From assembly GCF_963921235.1 (NCBI RefSeq), contig NC_086097.1:26290001-26354000 (forward strand): a stretch of DNA of 64,000 nt. Reading direction: 5' to 3'. Every line of letters begins with the position of its first letter. Positions within the stretch are counted from its first letter, which is position 1. Positions 13,004-25,075 of this stretch are shown here, piece by piece. This DNA is from Mobula hypostoma. Taxonomy: Eukaryota. Below the pieces are notes generated by a model. It did not search any database. It was not told the DNA's origin and was given only the letters and a program-made list of their open reading frames with translations. The translations under genes were made by a program, and so were the position numbers.

Positions 13004-13885
13004 GCCCAACTAATCTCTTCTGCCTACACAACGCCCATATGCTTCCATTTTCCTCACATTCATCTGCCTGCCTCAAAGTCTCCTAAAAGTCCCTAATGTA
13101 TCTGTCTCTACCTCCACCCAAGGAGGCAGAATATTCCAGGCATCCACTAATCTGCATAAAAATCTTGCCCCTTACATCTTTCAAATTACCCCCCCCCGAC
13201 CTTAAATGTATGCCCTCTGATATTAGACATTTCAACCCCGGCAAAAAGATACTTTCTACTCTATCTATGCCTCTCATAGTCTTACAAACCTTTATCAGAT
13301 CTCCCCTCAGCCTCCACCGCTCCAGAGAAAATAACACAAGTTTGTCCAACTTCTCGTTATGGCACATGCCTTCTAATTCAGGCAACATCCTGGTAAACCT
13401 CTTCTGCACCCTCTCTAAAGCCTCAACATCCTCCATAATGGGGTGACCAAAACTGTATGCAATACTCCAGATATAGCCTAACTAGAGTTTTATAACACTG
13501 CAACGTAACTTCCTGGCTTTTGAACTCAGTGCTTCAACTAATAAAGGAAAGCATGCCACATGCCCTCTTAACCACCCTATCAACCTGTGCAGCCACTTTC
13601 AGGGTACCATGAACTTGGACCCTAAGATTCCTCTGCTTATTAACACTGTTCAGGGTCTTGCCCTTCACAGTGTACTGCCTCTTTACATTTGACCTACCAA
13701 GGTGCAACACTTCACATTTTGCCGGCTAAAACGCCATCTGTTATTCCTCCGCCCATACCTGCAAATGATTGTTTGCCAGTCTTCTACGCTATACTATACT
13801 GACCACCACCAATCGCTGTATCATCTGCAAATTTACTAACTCATCCATCTACATTTTCATCCAGGTCATTTATATACATCGATAT
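13004..13885 (-). mobile_element. CR1 LINE fragment (its extreme 3' end lies at ~11640-11722)
   Basis: ORF 13083-13436: DVEALERVQKRFTRMLPELEG...LRGDLI. Confidence 0.9.
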
Positions 13886-13904
13886 CCTTGGAACATGGAT
13901 ATCC

Positions 13905-14091
13905 TGTGCGTGGAATGCACTGCCTGAGTCAGTGGTGGAGGCAGATACACTAGTGAAGTTTAAGAGACTACTAGACAGGTATATGGAGGAATCTAAGGTG
14001 GGGGCTTATATGGGAGGCAGGGTTTGAGGGTTGGCACAACATTGTGGGCCGAAGGGCCTGTACTGTGCTGTACCATTCTATGTTCTATGTT
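13905..14091 (+). mobile_element. CR1 3' end with ttctatg tail
   Basis: gcgtggaatgcactgcc...gggccgaagggcctgtactgtgctg...ttctatgttctatg. Confidence 0.9.
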
Positions 14092-14111
14092 AAACCGGAG
14101 TATCCAGTGGT

Positions 14112-14994
14112 TGGTCCCAGATTGGTTTACTGAAATCTTCCACGAATCAGAACTTAAGATCCGAAAAATCAATGAAACCTTTAGATCGAGCGAATCAAAA
14201 CAGTCTCTCCTTGTCTTGAAAGTAATGAAAACGTAAGATAACATGCCTAGGTCTATCTGACCTAGACGAGTATGATGGGATTCTGTGAACACGATCCAGT
14301 AGCGGTGGTTGGTCAGGAAATACAGTAGGGAATGCATCTTTTAAAAGTTGAGAGAAATATTTCATGGGGTTATTAGCTTCAACAGCTTCCCTCACGCCAA
14401 TCATTCGTAAATTCTGCCGTCGCATTCTAGATTCCAAGTCAGAGTTTTTAAAAGTCAAAAAGTCAAGTTTCTTCTTCATTACATTAATTGTTTCTTCGAT
14501 TTTCCCCATCTTAAGCTCACTTTGTTGCGCGAATTTTTGAAGATCAGATATAGCCGACTGATGTTCCGCAATAAATGTTTGCATCTTATCCATTGAATCG
14601 GCAATTTTCTGGAAATTAGTTGAGATTTCCGTATGAATCAGGTCTTTAACAAAGCCTGCAATTTCCGTACGAATCATCTCCCTAACAGAGGTTGAAATTT
14701 CCCTCTGAATTAACTCCGATATCGCTTTCAAAGTCACCGGTGATTCAGTCGGGGGGAGATCCGTAGCTTTCGGTTTAACCGGAGGTTTACCATCCTTGCC
14801 GTTTTTCCCGTTCTTAGACATAGCAGATCTAAGTATCATCCAATTGTCAGAGAATTCAGTTTAATTCAAAGTATTGTAAAAAATTGATGCCTTAATGGTT
14901 AATTAAAGTATAGCTGACCATAGAGAAAAAAAACTCAGAGGTAATGGAGCGAGTCAAGAACGCGACTTCATTCCATGAGCGCTACCGGAAGTCC
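14112..14994 (-). mobile_element. L1-clade LINE 5' portion (5' UTR + truncated ORF1) with 17-bp TSD
   Basis: Coiled coil then ESRMRRQNLRMIGVRE...LDRVHRI...RPRHVILRFHYFQDKE (L1 ORF1p RRM-like); starts ggacttccggtagcgctcatgg; TSD ccggagtatccagtggt at 14095-14111 and 14995-15011. Confidence 0.92.
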
Positions 14995-15274
14995 CCGGAG
15001 TATCCAGTGGTGACCAGACCTACTCCATAGAACCATAGAAACTACAGCACAGAAACAGGCCTTTTGGCCCTTCTTGGCTATGCCGAACCATTTTCTGCCT
15101 AGTCCCACTGACCTGCACATGGACCATATCCCTCCATACACCTCCCAGGGGAGGAAGTGCAAATTCCATACATTCAGCCTCTGGTCAGGAGTGAACCTGG
15201 GTCTCTGGCGCTATGCGGCAGAGATGTATTGGCCAGGCCGTAGTAACTTCTGTATAATGTCATAAAATATCACG

Positions 15275-15800
15275 TTAGATTTCAGATTTACTTGACACAT
15301 GTAGATCGAAACATACAGTGAAATGTGAAATGCATTGTTTGCATTAATAACCAACACCCCCAGGGATGTGGAGGGGTTGCAGCTGCAAGTGTTGCTACAC
15401 ATTCCAGTACCAATGTAGTGTGCCTCCAATGCCTGGCAAAACAACACAGAGCACAACAGAACAGAACACTACAAGCAACAGAACAACAATAGCGAAACAA
15501 GCCCCATTCTCCCAACAGACATACACACAGTCCTTCAATCCCAGAACAGGCCATCTTCAGCCTCCAGTCTGCAGCAGACTCAGACCTGCAAGCATGGGGC
15601 ATTTTACTTGCCCAGCAGACTCACAGAGACTTGTGGCACCAGCCATCAGGCCTCGACTTCTGATTGACCTTCAGTATTGACCCCAGGACTCACCAATTAT
15701 GACAAATGAGGACATTTACTGAGGGCCCCTAACACTAGGCCTCAATCACCAGACTTGCTGATGACAGGAAACCGAACGCTAGGCCTCTATGAATGGTCTT
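15275..15800 (-). mobile_element. Non-coding retroposon with the SINE-shared 3' tail
   Basis: Homologous to 18395-19060 and 39465-39880. Confidence 0.7.
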
Positions 15801-16157
15801 GCTGATTCACACACCTAATGGGTCACGCCCCTCATTCTTCCAGCCCATACAGAACTCTAATCTGAGAGTCCACCAACAATTTGCTAAACTGGGTTGGGAG
15901 CCACCAGCCCTCGTCCTCAGAATAAGAATCAAAATCAGATTTAATATCACTGCCATATGGCGTGAAATTTGTTGTTCTGCGGCAGCAGTCAATGGCAATG
16001 CATAATAGTTTTTAAAAAACTATAAATCACAATAAGAAATATGCATAAAAATTAAATTAAGTAAGTAGTGCAAAATGAGAAAAAACAGAGAGGTGGCGTA
16101 CGTGAGCGTACTGTCCATGAAGAAATCTGTTCCTAAAAGCTGTTCTTACAATGTTGA

Positions 16158-16368
16158 CACGAGGAAATCTGCAGATGCTGGAAATTCAAGCAACACACAC
16201 ACACACAAAATGCTGGTGGAACGCAGCAGGCCAGGCAGCATCCATAGGAAGAGGTACAGTCGACGTTTCGTCCTGACGAAGCGTCTTGGCCCGAAACGTC
16301 GACTGTACCTCTTCCTAGAGATGCTGCCTGGCCTGCTGCATTCCACCAGCACTTTGTGTGTATGTGTG
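16158..16368 (+). mobile_element. PLE-derived hairpin insertion containing a hammerhead ribozyme motif
   Basis: Inverted arms of ~75 bp; CTGACGA...GAAACGTC core; 17-bp TSD with 2 mismatches at 16141-16157 and 16369-16385. Confidence 0.85.
16270..16303 (+). ncRNA. Minimal type-I hammerhead ribozyme motif (PLE type)
   Basis: gtc-CTGACGA-a-gcgtcttggccc-GAAAC-GTC-gac: stem I gtc/gac, stem II with one mismatch, GUC cleavage triplet. Confidence 0.7.
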
Positions 16369-18394
16369 TGTTCCTAAAATGTTGAGTGAGTGTCTTCAGG
16401 CTCCTGTACCTCCTCTCTCATGGTAGCAATGAGGAGAAGGCATGTCCTGCACAATGGGGGTCCTTAAAGATGGATGCCGCCTTTTTGAGGCATTGCCTTT
16501 TGAAGACGTCGATGCTGGGGAAGCTAGTGTCCATGATGGAGCTGGCTGAGTTTACAACTTTCTGCAGGTTTTTTTTCAACCCTGTGCAGTGGCCCCACCA
16601 GACTATGATGCAGCCAGTTAGAATGCTCTCCACGGAACACTTGTAGAAATTTGTGAAGAGTATTTGCTGACATATCAAGACTCCCCAAACTCCAATGAAA
16701 TATAGCCGCTGCCATACCTTCTTCGTAATTGAATCAATATTTTGGGGCTCAGGATATATCTTCAGTGACACTGACATCCAGGAACTTGAAACTGCTGATC
16801 CCTTGATGAAGACTCGTGAGTGTTCCCTCAACTTCCCCTTCCTAGAGTCCACAATCACAGTTCCTTGGTTTTACTGAGTGAAAGGTTGTTGTCACAATAC
16901 CACTCAACCAGCTGATCTGCCTCACTTCTGTAGGCCTCCTGGTCAACACCTGAAATTCTACCAGCAATAGCTGTGTCACCGGGAAACTTGTAGATGCTGT
17001 TGGAGTTGTGCATAGCCACACAGTCAGGGGTGTAGAGAAAGTAGAGTAGTGGGCATAGCAGGCATCCTTAAGGCTCATCAGTGTTAACTGTCAGATATTA
17101 CTTCCGATCCACACTGACAGTGGTCTCCCAGTGAAAAGGTCAAGGATCTAGTTGCAGAGGGAGGTATAGGGGCCCAGGTTTTGGAGCTTGTTGATTAGTA
17201 CTAAGGGTATGATGGTGTTGAACACTGAGCTGTAATCAATGAACAGCAGTCTGATGTAGGTATTGCAAGGCCAAGCGGAGAGCCAGTGAGATTACATTCA
17301 CTGTAGACTTATTGGAGCAATAGGCAAACTGCAACAGGTTCAGATCCTTGCTTAGTCAGGAGTAGATTCTGGCCCTGACCAACCTCTCAAAGCTTTTAAT
17401 CACAGCAGATGTGAGTGCAACCGGGTGAGGGTTGTTGAGGCAGCTCACCCTGCTCGGGCACTGGTAGCTGGCACCCTTTTGAAACAGGTGGGAACCTCTA
17501 ACTGCAGCAGTGTGAGACCGAAATTATTCTTGAACACTCCCTCCAGTTGGTCGGCACAGGTTTTCAGTGCCCTACCAGATGCACCATCAGAGTCTGTTGC
17601 CTTGCGAGAGTTTGACGTAAGCCTCCGAGACAGAGATCACAGGGTCACCAGATGCTGAAGGGATTTACACAGGTGTAATTCTGTTCTCCCTTTCAAAGCA
17701 TGCATAAAAGGCGTTCAGCTCCACTGGGAGTGAAGTATCACAGCCATTTACGGTATTAGGTTTTACCTTGTAGAAAGTAATAGCCTGCAAACCCTGCCAG
17801 AGCTGACGTCCACCCGATTCCATCTCTAACTTCAATCGGAATTGTTTGTTCACTCTTAAGGTAGCTTCCTGCGAGCCATAGCTGAACTTAGTGCATTGTT
17901 CTGGATCACCAGTCTTGAATGCCACAGATCTAGCCCTCAGCAGACTATGAATCTCCTGGTTTATCCATGGGTTTTGGTTCGGGTATGTATGGTATGGTAT
18001 GTCTTGAAGGCACACACTCATCCGCACAGGTCTTGATGAAGTTGGAGACAACTGTGGTGTATTCATTCAGATCTGAAGAAGAATAGCTGAATATTATACT
18101 GGCCACCAACTCAAAGCTGGCCTGTAATTGCTCCCCTGCCTCCCTTGACCATACTTTAATGGTCTGACCACATATGTCCCACGTCTGCATTGCTGGCCTT
18201 TGAATGCAGAGCAGAGAATCTGGCCTGACCTGTAATTTCCTCACATTCCTAAATGCCTAAACTAACCACTAACTCCCCTCTCTGTCCCCAAAACTATTCT
18301 GTGTAAGTTATTTATAGCAGCACACCATGCAAAATTTGACACCAAGTTAAACAGAGAGTTATCAAAATTGGTTACAGGTTATCAAAATTGAGTT

Positions 18395-18632
18395 CAAGGC
18401 CTGGAGATTAGGGTCCTGTCATCAGCAAATCCTGGAGTCAATACCGAAGATCAAAGCCCCGAGGTCAAAGTCCGGTCGGTCACTCTAGAAATCGAGGCCC
18501 ATTAGCCAAAGTCCTGCGTCTGAGAGTCTACTGGGGAAGTTGGAGGCTTGATGTCTGCAAATCTGAGAGTCCAGTGGAGGTGGCCTATCCTGGATTGGAG
18601 GAGTGAGAGAGTGAGAGAGTGAGAGTGAGAGT

Positions 18633-18694
<62 letters not shown>

Positions 18695-18839
18695 GAGAGA
18701 GAGTGAGTGAGAGTGAGTGAGTGAGACAGAGAGTGAGAGAGAGAGAGTGAGTGAGACAGAGAGTGAGAGAGAAAGTGAGAGAGAGTGAGTGAGTGAGAGA
18801 GTGAGGAAGTGAAAGAGAGAGAAGGGGGGAGAGAGAGAG

Positions 18840-18885
<46 letters not shown>

Positions 18886-19060
18886 TGGGAGGGAGGAATG
18901 GGGCTTGTTTTGCTGTGTTGTTTTGTTGCTGCTGACCTGTTGTCGTTGCTTGTTTTGATCTGGACAATGTTGGTGCCAGAGTGTGTGCTGGCACTTGCAG
19001 GCTGCTACAGCACATCATTATGTTGTGTTGGTTGTTAAGGCAAAGGGCACATTTCACTGT
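18395..19060 (+). mobile_element. Non-coding retroposon with an internal microsatellite and the SINE-shared tail
   Basis: Similar to 39465-39880; tail tgttggtgccagagtgtg...catttcactgt. Confidence 0.7.
18598..18884. repeat. Compound (GA)n/(GAGT)n followed by (GT)n microsatellite
   Basis: Seen directly. Confidence 0.99.
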
Positions 19061-19479
19061 ACAAAAGTCTTAGGCACATGTAAAAAAAATCTGTAAAGTG
19101 AAGAAACTTCCAAATTTAATGAAAAGTTTGTAAATATCAAAAAAAAACTATAAAGAGCAGTAAACAGTACAAAACTAAATCAAATCAATATTTGGTTTAG
19201 TTTTGTACTGACCACTCTTTGCCTTTAATACAACATCAATTCTCTTTGGTACACTGCCATGCAGTCTTATAAGAAAATCAGCTGGTAGGTTGTTCCAAGC
19301 ATCTTGGAGAACTTGCCACAGTTCTTCTGCAGACTTCGGCTGTCTCACTTGTTTCTGTCACTCCAGGTAATGCCAGACAGCCTCGATGATGTTGAGATCA
19401 GGGATCTGTGGAGACTACACTATCTGAAACTATACAAAAAAACACTTAAGGGTGCCTAAGATTGTTGCAGAGTATTGTA
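19055..19479. mobile_element. Tc1/mariner-type MITE
   Basis: Imperfect TIR ctgtacaaaagtcttaggcac ... gtgcctaagattgttgcagagtattg, followed by TA. Confidence 0.75.
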
Positions 19480-21855
19480 TGTTTTGACATACATGTGATT
19501 AATGAACGGATCTGAATCCACAGTTGATCTGATATCTTGGCTCCAAGGAGCCAACAGAGGAGGAAGAACTGCTGGAGTTCAGGAGAGGTATTTCAGAACT
19601 TCGGACCCCAAGAGAACAAAAGCAATGATGCAGCAGAAAGAAAAGCCAATTGATATTGTATGGGAGGCCAGAATGGACAGAAGACAGATTTTAAATAGAG
19701 TAGAAAGAGGTTATTTTGGACAACTTAAATAAGCAAATTCTTTTCAGATCAGCATGGATTAAATTAAAATAAAAAATCACCTCTTTCTGTTTGAAACAGT
19801 TTTAAGGAATTGGAAAGGAGTAACATTATGAGGTGCTTTTCTCAAGGAAGAAATATTAATGTACTCAATGGAGTGCCACTGCTGCCAAAAATCTGTATTC
19901 TCAGAATCTATGAACCTAGTTTATAATGTGGAAAATCAGCAGCAGGAATTACAATGAGAAAAGCATTTATTCTTCCTCAAGGAAATGCCATCCAGTCGAA
20001 TTCTGGTGATTAATGGAAAATTAAAAAAATGTATTATGGAAAACTAGTTTCCCTTCAGAACACTGTAATTATGTGTTTCAGCATTTTTAATGCAAATCAA
20101 TCTTCACTGTATAAATGCAAAAAAATAGACTTTGTATCGCAAGTAAAATTTACAACTAATACTCAGAATGGAGTAAAGATACTCCTAAAAATATTTCTTG
20201 TGCAAAAGAGAAACTTGAAACAATTGTGTAATAAAATAAAGGAAAGCCCTTCAAAAAGCTTTGAGTATCGGAGTAAAATAAGAATAACATCAGCTGAAGT
20301 GCTGTTTGCTCACCCACCAGTATCTGGCAAACTTTTAGCTTCACTATTTCAAAACAGAATTGAAAATGCATCAATTAAAACAGGATAGCCTGCCCTGAGG
20401 TTGGAGGGCTGTCATGTCATTGGATGGGTGGGTGGGAGGAACCATCGCAGTTGTTGTTTTGACACTTGTTGTGTTCTGTGCTCTGCCAAGCTTGGTGGGC
20501 ATGCTATGTTGGCACTGGAATGTGTGGTGACAATTGCGGGCTCTCCCCAGCACATACTTGTTGTCTACGTGAATGACACATTTTTGTTTCGATGTGCATG
20601 TGAATAAATCTGAATGTTGATTAATCTCCAGACCTGTGCTATTAACAGTGGGTTGAGGGATGGTAATTCGAATAGAATTTCATACATAAGGTTTATATTT
20701 CAGTGTTTTTGGCACTCATTCTCATTTTGAATATGGTGTAATAAGAGGCTTGTTTAAAAAAATAACAATACTACAATGAACACCTATCCACTTCATCATG
20801 GAAGTCAAAGCACTATACTATGGCGAGACAAGAAGGAACTTTGTCGTGACAACCAAAAATGCAGCTCTTTGTTTCAGCTAAATGCCAGAGGGAGGGCGGG
20901 AAGTACAAGTGGTAGATGCTGAGATTTTAAAGGGTAAACATTATGCCCTCATGCACCATATCGTGGTGGTTGAGAAGATAAGGAAATGCTGACAATACTA
21001 GTCTCAATGATTCCAAGTCTGATCATTTACACAGCAAATGTAATCTGCATCCACTCCCAGGAAGTAATTCCATTATTACTGGACAGTGCTAAGAACAAGC
21101 AAGGCAAATTCCAAAACAAAAAAAGGCAGAGGAGACCATTATTTGTATGGCTTTTGAAAGTGCTCCACATTTAGTTCTGTCCTTTCCTTTGCACTCCCAA
21201 GTTTCGAGTACTTATCCGGTTCCTTTTTGAAAGCTGCTAATAAACCTGCTCGACTACACTTTTGGAGTGCACTGTCCAGGTCATAATAACCTGCTGAACA
21301 AAAGCATTTCTGCTTATCACTACCTGCCCTTTCTCCAAATTATCTTAGATCTGTGCCTTTAGTTGCTATGCCTTCTACAAGTGATGAAACATTTAGTAAT
21401 ACAGAAGTAACATGTTGTTAGAGTATGATTCGAGAACACAATGGTGGAATTTTCAGCTTACAAATGATATTCAAAGCTTCAAAGTACATTTATTATCAAG
21501 GTATGTATACAATCGTGAGATTCATTGTCCCATGGGCTGCCAGGAAACAAAGAAATGGCATGGACCCCATTCAAAGAAAACATCAAACACCCAACACAAA
21601 AAAAAGAACAAATTGCACAAATGGAAAAAAGCAAGCGAATAACAGAGATAATGTTAAAAATGAAAACCTCAAGACGATCTGGGAATGTTCAGTCTAGCCG
21701 TGTGTCATCGTTGACTGAAGGCCGCAGAGCCAGTCCACACAGAAGTGCTCCGAACAAATCGTGCAAAGTAGCAAAAAAAGGAGTATTCCCAAATGTTTCA
21801 CACTGTTGTTAAAATGCAGTGCAATTTCAAGTATAAGGTTTTTAGATTGTACCAT

Positions 21856-22157
21856 GAATGTACAGAGGAAATGATTTTAACTGGCTGTATCGCCCTCAGA
21901 GGTGCCAATGCCAATGGAAAAAACTGCAGAGGGTTATAAACGCAGCCAGCTTCATCATGGGCACTAGCCTGCCCACCATCAAGGGTATCTTCAAGAGGCA
22001 ATACCTCAAGAAGATGGCATCTATCATTAAGGACCCCTACCATCGAAGACATTCTCTCTTCTCATTACTATCATCGGCCAGTAAGCACAAAAGCCCAAAG
22101 ATACACACTCAATGTTTTAGGAACACCAGCTTTTTCCCCTCTGCCATAAGATTTCCT
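21856..22157 (+). mobile_element. Rex1/Babar ORF C-terminal fragment
   Basis: KKLQRVINAASFIMGTSLPTI...ASIIKDPYH...FSLL...SFFPSAIRF. Confidence 0.85.
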
Positions 22158-22845
22158 GTACCTAATAAAATGGCAAATGAGTGTAAATTCGTGATCTTGT
22201 GCTGCTGTAGCCCAGCCACTTCAAGGTTCAACATGTTGTGCATTCAGAGATGCCCTTCTGCACACCACTGTTGTAATGAGTGGTTATTCAAGTTACTGTT
22301 GCCTTCCTGTCAGCTTGAACCAGTCTGGCCATTCCCCTCCGACCTCTCTCATTAACAAGGCATTTTTGCACACGGAACTGGTGCTCACTAGATGTTTCTT
22401 GTTTTTGTACTATTCTCTGTAAACCCTATAGACTGTTGTGCATGAAAATCCAAGGAGATCAGCAGTTTCAGAGATACTCCAACTACCCAATCCTTTGGGT
22501 TCTTGATTAGCCAGGGCATCAAAGGTGAAAGCAGGGGGGTGGGGACGACTGGAAGAACTGGGTCAGTCCATGATTGAATGGCGGAGAAGACTCGATGGGC
22601 CATATGGCCTACTTCTGCTCCTGTATCTCATGGTCTTCTGGGCTATACCAACAATCATTCCATGGTCAAAGTCACTCAGATCACATTTTTCCCCGTTCTG
22701 ATGTTTGGTCTGAACAATAACCGAACCTCTTGATCATGTCTGCATGCTTTTAAGTATTGAGTTGCTGCCTCATGATTGGCTGTTTAGATATCTGCATGAA
22801 CAAACAGGTATACAGGAGTATCTAATAAAGTAGCCACTTAGTGTA
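22158..22845 (-). mobile_element. Non-autonomous Tc1-derived element with a CR1 3' end inserted at ~22495-22645
   Basis: Reverse complement of 49228-49758; ctaataaagtagccacttagtgta terminus. Confidence 0.85.
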
Positions 22846-24734
22846 TATTGTAACATATAGAGTATTTTATGTACTGCACTGTAATGCTGCCACTAAACAA
22901 CAGATTTCACAACAAACAGTATGTCAGAGACAATGAACCTGATTCTGATTTGTTCTATGATCATCTGAACTGAGGAAACAATATAGAGCACTGTTATAGA
23001 TTTTTTGTCATTTCAGTCTTGATTGGCACCAAAGATTTTGAACTGTTCAAATAGAATGAAATCCTGTTGGTTACAGGTCAGTAGTGGGCCAGATTGGCGG
23101 AAGGAATTAAGGGCATCACATGAGCAGCAGAATATCTGATGCACTTATTCCCCTATAGCAAAATGCCATTGAAATGCTACATAAGCCACTTGCAATGTCC
23201 ATTAACAGATCCATACAGTAGGCCGAATGTTTTTACCTACTGCACCTGACTCCTCTGTGCATTGTACGTACATGTAGCAAATATATGCTCCTTTGGAGAA
23301 ACCTCCCCTTCAAAAACAGCAGTTTAAAAACTAACACACAATGCAATATCACATTTGAAGGAAGCTCAAAGCAAATAAATATTGGGAGTTGCTGGTTCAA
23401 TTCTCTTTCAATATTATGCAGAAACTAATATTAAATGTCTTTTCCAGTGACAAAATTCAAATCCTGAAACTGGAAAATTTGCAGTCTTAGCATTCAGCAT
23501 GGCTAGTTGGAATTTGCTAAGCAAGTTCTTTTGCAGAACCCCAAACAGTTCCTCAATTAATCTGGCTGTTAACCTTTGGTATTAGTATATTGTTGTCACA
23601 TGTACTAAAATACAGTGAAAAGCTTGTTTTGTATACTGTTCATACAGATCAAATCATTCCAAATGCATTGAGCTAAACTAAGGTAAAACAATAACAATGC
23701 AGAATAAAGTGTAAAAGCTACTGGAAAAGTGCAGTGTAGATAAACGACAACGTGCAAGATCATAACGAGGTGGATGGCGAGAACAAGACTCCATCTTATC
23801 ATACAAAAGGTCCATTCAAGAGTCTGACAACTGTGGGGTAGAAATTGTCCTTGAACCTGATGGTACATGCTTTTAGGTTTTTCTACCTTCTGCCCAATAT
23901 TATCAGAGGAATTATTCTTCCAATAATAGAGGAAGGTCGCACAAAAGTAAGGAAGTTGTGGCAAACTATTGTGGCAAACTGGTTAAACCCCAAACGAAGT
24001 CCTGTATTCACTTCTGCACCTTGGAGACGAGTGAAGAGATTTGCCAAAATTAGAAAGGGTTTAACCAAAAATGTCAACTGTTCAGTCCTCTCCATAGATG
24101 TTGCCTGCCCTGCTGAGTTCCTCCAGCACTTTGTGTGTCATACCAGAACTACACTGGGGATGAGAAAATTCAGTTATGTGCAAAGATTAGTTACTGGAAT
24201 TGTTCTCCTTAGGGCACAGAAGATTATGAGAAGATTTAATCAAGAAGGTTAAAATCCTGAAGGGTTTTAATAGATTAGATAAGAAGAAAGACTGTTTCCA
24301 ATGGCAGGTGGATCAGTAACAGCAGATTCCCAAAAGAATCTAGAGCAATGCGAGGAGGAAAAAAAGTGAGTTATAATGATCTGAAGTACACCCACTGAGA
24401 GGTGGAAGTAGATTCTGTAGTTATTTTTAAGGAGAATGATTTCTCAAAGATTTGTGCACAGAACAGGGTTGTGAAACCAACTGGAGTAGATCTATCAAAG
24501 AACCAGCACAGACACAGTGAACCATACTGTTGCCTCCTGCTGTTTATAATCACTGTCTCCTAAATGCCGCTTTCCCCCAACAGCTCCTGCTCAGGGCTAT
24601 AAAGAGACAAAAACTGGAAAAATCCTTAAACCTACTGAAAACATCACTTAATCTGCAGTAAAGAGTCCCGTTAAAGAGTCTGACTCTCTTTTGGTACTTC
24701 AAGTTGAATTCATCATTGTGAAAAGTTTCAGTAC

Positions 24735-25075
24735 ATAAACTCAGTGGCCACTTTGTTAGGTAAAGGAGTGAAACCCAGTCTGGTCTTCAGCGTACCACTG
24801 GTGTAACACATAGCTATTTGAGTTACCATTATCCTCCTGTCAGTTTGAACCAGTCTTACCATTCTTCTCTGACCTCTGAGATACTCAACCCACCCCATCT
24901 GGCACTTACAATCCATTCCATGGTCAAATTCACTTAAGTATCTCAGAACCTACTGATCTCCTAGGATTTTCCTGCACAACAATCTCTAGAGTTTACTGAG
25001 AATGGTGCGAAAAGCAAAATACCTCCAGTGAGAAACAGCTCTGTGGGCAAAAATGCTTTGTTAATGAGAGAGGTT
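24735..25075. mobile_element. Rearranged copy of the Tc1-derived element
   Basis: TIR actcagtggccactttgttagg; minus-oriented segment followed by a plus-oriented segment. Confidence 0.75.

Larger units (their letters stand above)
15920..18170 (-). mobile_element. Rex1/Babar-type LINE, long decayed fragment
   Basis: TYPNQNPWINQEI...RQLWQGLQAIT.YK; FYKCSVESILTGCIIVWWG...KAASIFKDPH...FSLLP. Confidence 0.9.

Noticed and set aside
18485..19057. 190-aa ORF with HT/LS repeats
   Set aside because: It is a translation of the (GT)n/(GA)n microsatellite inside a repeat.
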